A DNA stretch of 64,000 nt, from positions 547,463 through 611,462 of the forward strand of contig JADJDJ010000001.1 of assembly GCA_016702745.1 (NCBI GenBank), read 5' to 3'. Positions within the stretch are counted from its first letter, which is position 1. Each line of letters opens with the position of its first letter. The position numbers were made by a program, and so were the translations under genes. The notes under the pieces are model-generated. The model ran no database searches. It was not told where the DNA came from and saw only the letters and a program-made list of their open reading frames with translations. This DNA comes from Chitinophagaceae bacterium (GTDB lineage Bacteria > Bacteroidota > Bacteroidia > Chitinophagales > Chitinophagaceae). Positions 62,856 through 64,000 of this stretch are shown in pieces.

Positions 62856-64000
62856 TTAGAAATAAATAACCTTATCCGGAAACCGGGCAGCATACCCGTT
62901 TACCAAGTTCCGGATAAAACTGTTCTCCCTGTATTGCGTAAGCCGGGGTTTGAGTATCTCCACTGATTCAGCGCTGGTATTTTCCGGCAGATACCCCATT
63001 CCGTAAAATTTTCCTTCACAAACCAGGATACAGGATTGGTCATTCGCTTCCAGGCCCTTGTCGACAATGGCAAAACTGGGTTCCGCCTGAAGGGTGGCGC
63101 AGGCCATTTTAACCCGTTGGTTGTAGCTATCAGCTGACTCATTTAATTCACAGGCCCCGAGGCATTCCCCCGTTTTGATTCCTTCACAGGCCTCTTCTCC
63201 TTTTTGCAAAAAACAGAGTTTGGGGCAGAGCTGGTATTCCCGGATCAGTTTACGGATCATCGCATGGCCATCCACGAGATAGTGAAAAGTATAAACAGGA
63301 TGCAGGCGTTTCCGGTTCTTATCAATGGCCAGCCGCAGGTAACCTCTGCGGTCTTCGTATAAAAAAATACCGTAAATATCTTCCCATCTTTTTTGAGAGC
63401 TATTAAAGACCGGCCATCTTTTTTTGATCTCTGCTGATTCGAGGATACAGGCCATCAGTTCAGTGGCACAGGGCTGGTAACTGATGGCATACACATGCTG
63501 CATGAAATTCTGTTTCTGCCGGCTCTCGGAATTATTGCTGAAATGACTGTTCACCCGGTAGCGGATATTCGTAGCCTTGCCCACATAAACCACTTTTCCT
63601 TTCTCATTATGAAAATAATAGACCCCGGGGCTGTAGGGGAGGGCATCAAAATGTTCTTTGGGAACATTGGGGGGCAATATCCATTCTTTGGAATTTCGTT
63701 GCAGGCTTTTCTGGATATGCTGCTCTTTGTCATTCGCCATCAGTAAATGAAAGATACTCGCAGTTGCCGCCGCATCACCTGCAGCCCGGTGACGGTCGGT
63801 GATTTCAATTCCAAGTGATCGGCTCAGTTTGCCCAGGCTATAGGAGGGCAGACCAGGAATAATTTTCCGGCTCAGCCTTACCGTGCATAGTTTTTTTGTG
63901 TTGAGGTCAAAACCTGCTTCCCGCAAATGACTTTTTACAAATGAATAATCAAAGCTCACGTTATGGGCAATAAAAATCCGGTCCTGCAAGAGTTGGTAAA
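62856..64000 (-). CDS. DnaQ-like 3'-5' exonuclease fused to a UvrC-type GIY-YIG domain; the 5' end is outside the window
   Basis: Exo II/III motifs IFIAHNVSFDYSFV and HRAAGDAAATASIF, then the GIY-YIG segment PGVYYFHNEKGKVVYVGKATNIRYRVNSHF. The frame is still open at nt 64000. Confidence 0.8.
   Translation of the reverse strand, partial: YQLLQDRIFIAHNVSFDYSFVKSHLREAGFDLNTKKLCTVRLSRKIIPGLPSYSLGKLSRSLGIEITDRHRAAGDAAATASIFHLLMANDKEQHIQKSLQRNSKEWILPPNVPKEHFDALPYSPGVYYFHNEKGKVVYVGKATNIRYRVNSHFSNNSESRQKQNFMQHVYAISYQPCATELMACILESAEIKKRWPVFNSSQKRWEDIYGIFLYEDRRGYLRLAIDKNRKRLHPVYTFHYLVDGHAMIRKLIREYQLCPKLCFLQKGEEACEGIKTGECLGACELNESADSYNQRVKMACATLQAEPSFAIVDKGLEANDQSCILVCEGKFYGMGYLPENTSAESVEILKPRLTQYRENSFIRNLVNGYAARFPDKVIYF

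Noticed and set aside
62856-64000. Functional link between the exonuclease-GIY-YIG fusion gene and the small GIY-YIG gene at 49524.
   Set aside because: The GIY-YIG segments belong to different subtypes: UvrC-like (PGVYYF...YVGKA) versus COG2827-like (YVYIIQS...YYKGYS). The genes are 13 kb apart with unrelated neighbours, and nothing in the sequence connects them.

Overview
This window looks like Bacteroidota chromosome, probably Chitinophagia or Sphingobacteriia. The evidence is type IX secretion genes, TAnnTTTG-type -7 promoter boxes, and the gene order rpsU-xerC-hpf-tRNA(Thr,Tyr,Gly,Thr)-tuf-tRNA(Trp)-secE-nusG-rplKAJL-rpoBC. Most of it is housekeeping: tyrS, a PorV/PorQ-like gene plus a 1672-aa PorU-type C25 sortase, an HscA-like Hsp70, ribE, the translation and transcription core, skp, iaaA, ispD, an M1 peptidase, accA, dapA, rnz, clpC, cmk, a T9SS cargo protein and an FKBP isomerase. 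I found six tRNA genes, one IS3-family element with a 3-bp target duplication, and three genes whose frames are broken by single-nucleotide shifts. I found no rRNA, CRISPR array, prophage or recognisable multi-gene defence system. The unusual content is non-coding. (1) A 1.2-kb array of tRNA-Asp-derived partial copies follows the real tRNA-Asp and encloses a 91-aa GIY-YIG nuclease gene. (2) Seven tandem 49-bp copies of the 5' third of tRNA-Trp, each carrying a palindrome, abut the real tRNA-Trp. (3) Short palindromic modules are nested in both arrays. (4) At least four families of phase-locked 7- or 8-nt periodic tracts, each with a constant core and variable tail, sit at gene ends, often as inverted pairs around terminators. 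All protein calls come from motif recognition by eye, and no database search was possible.
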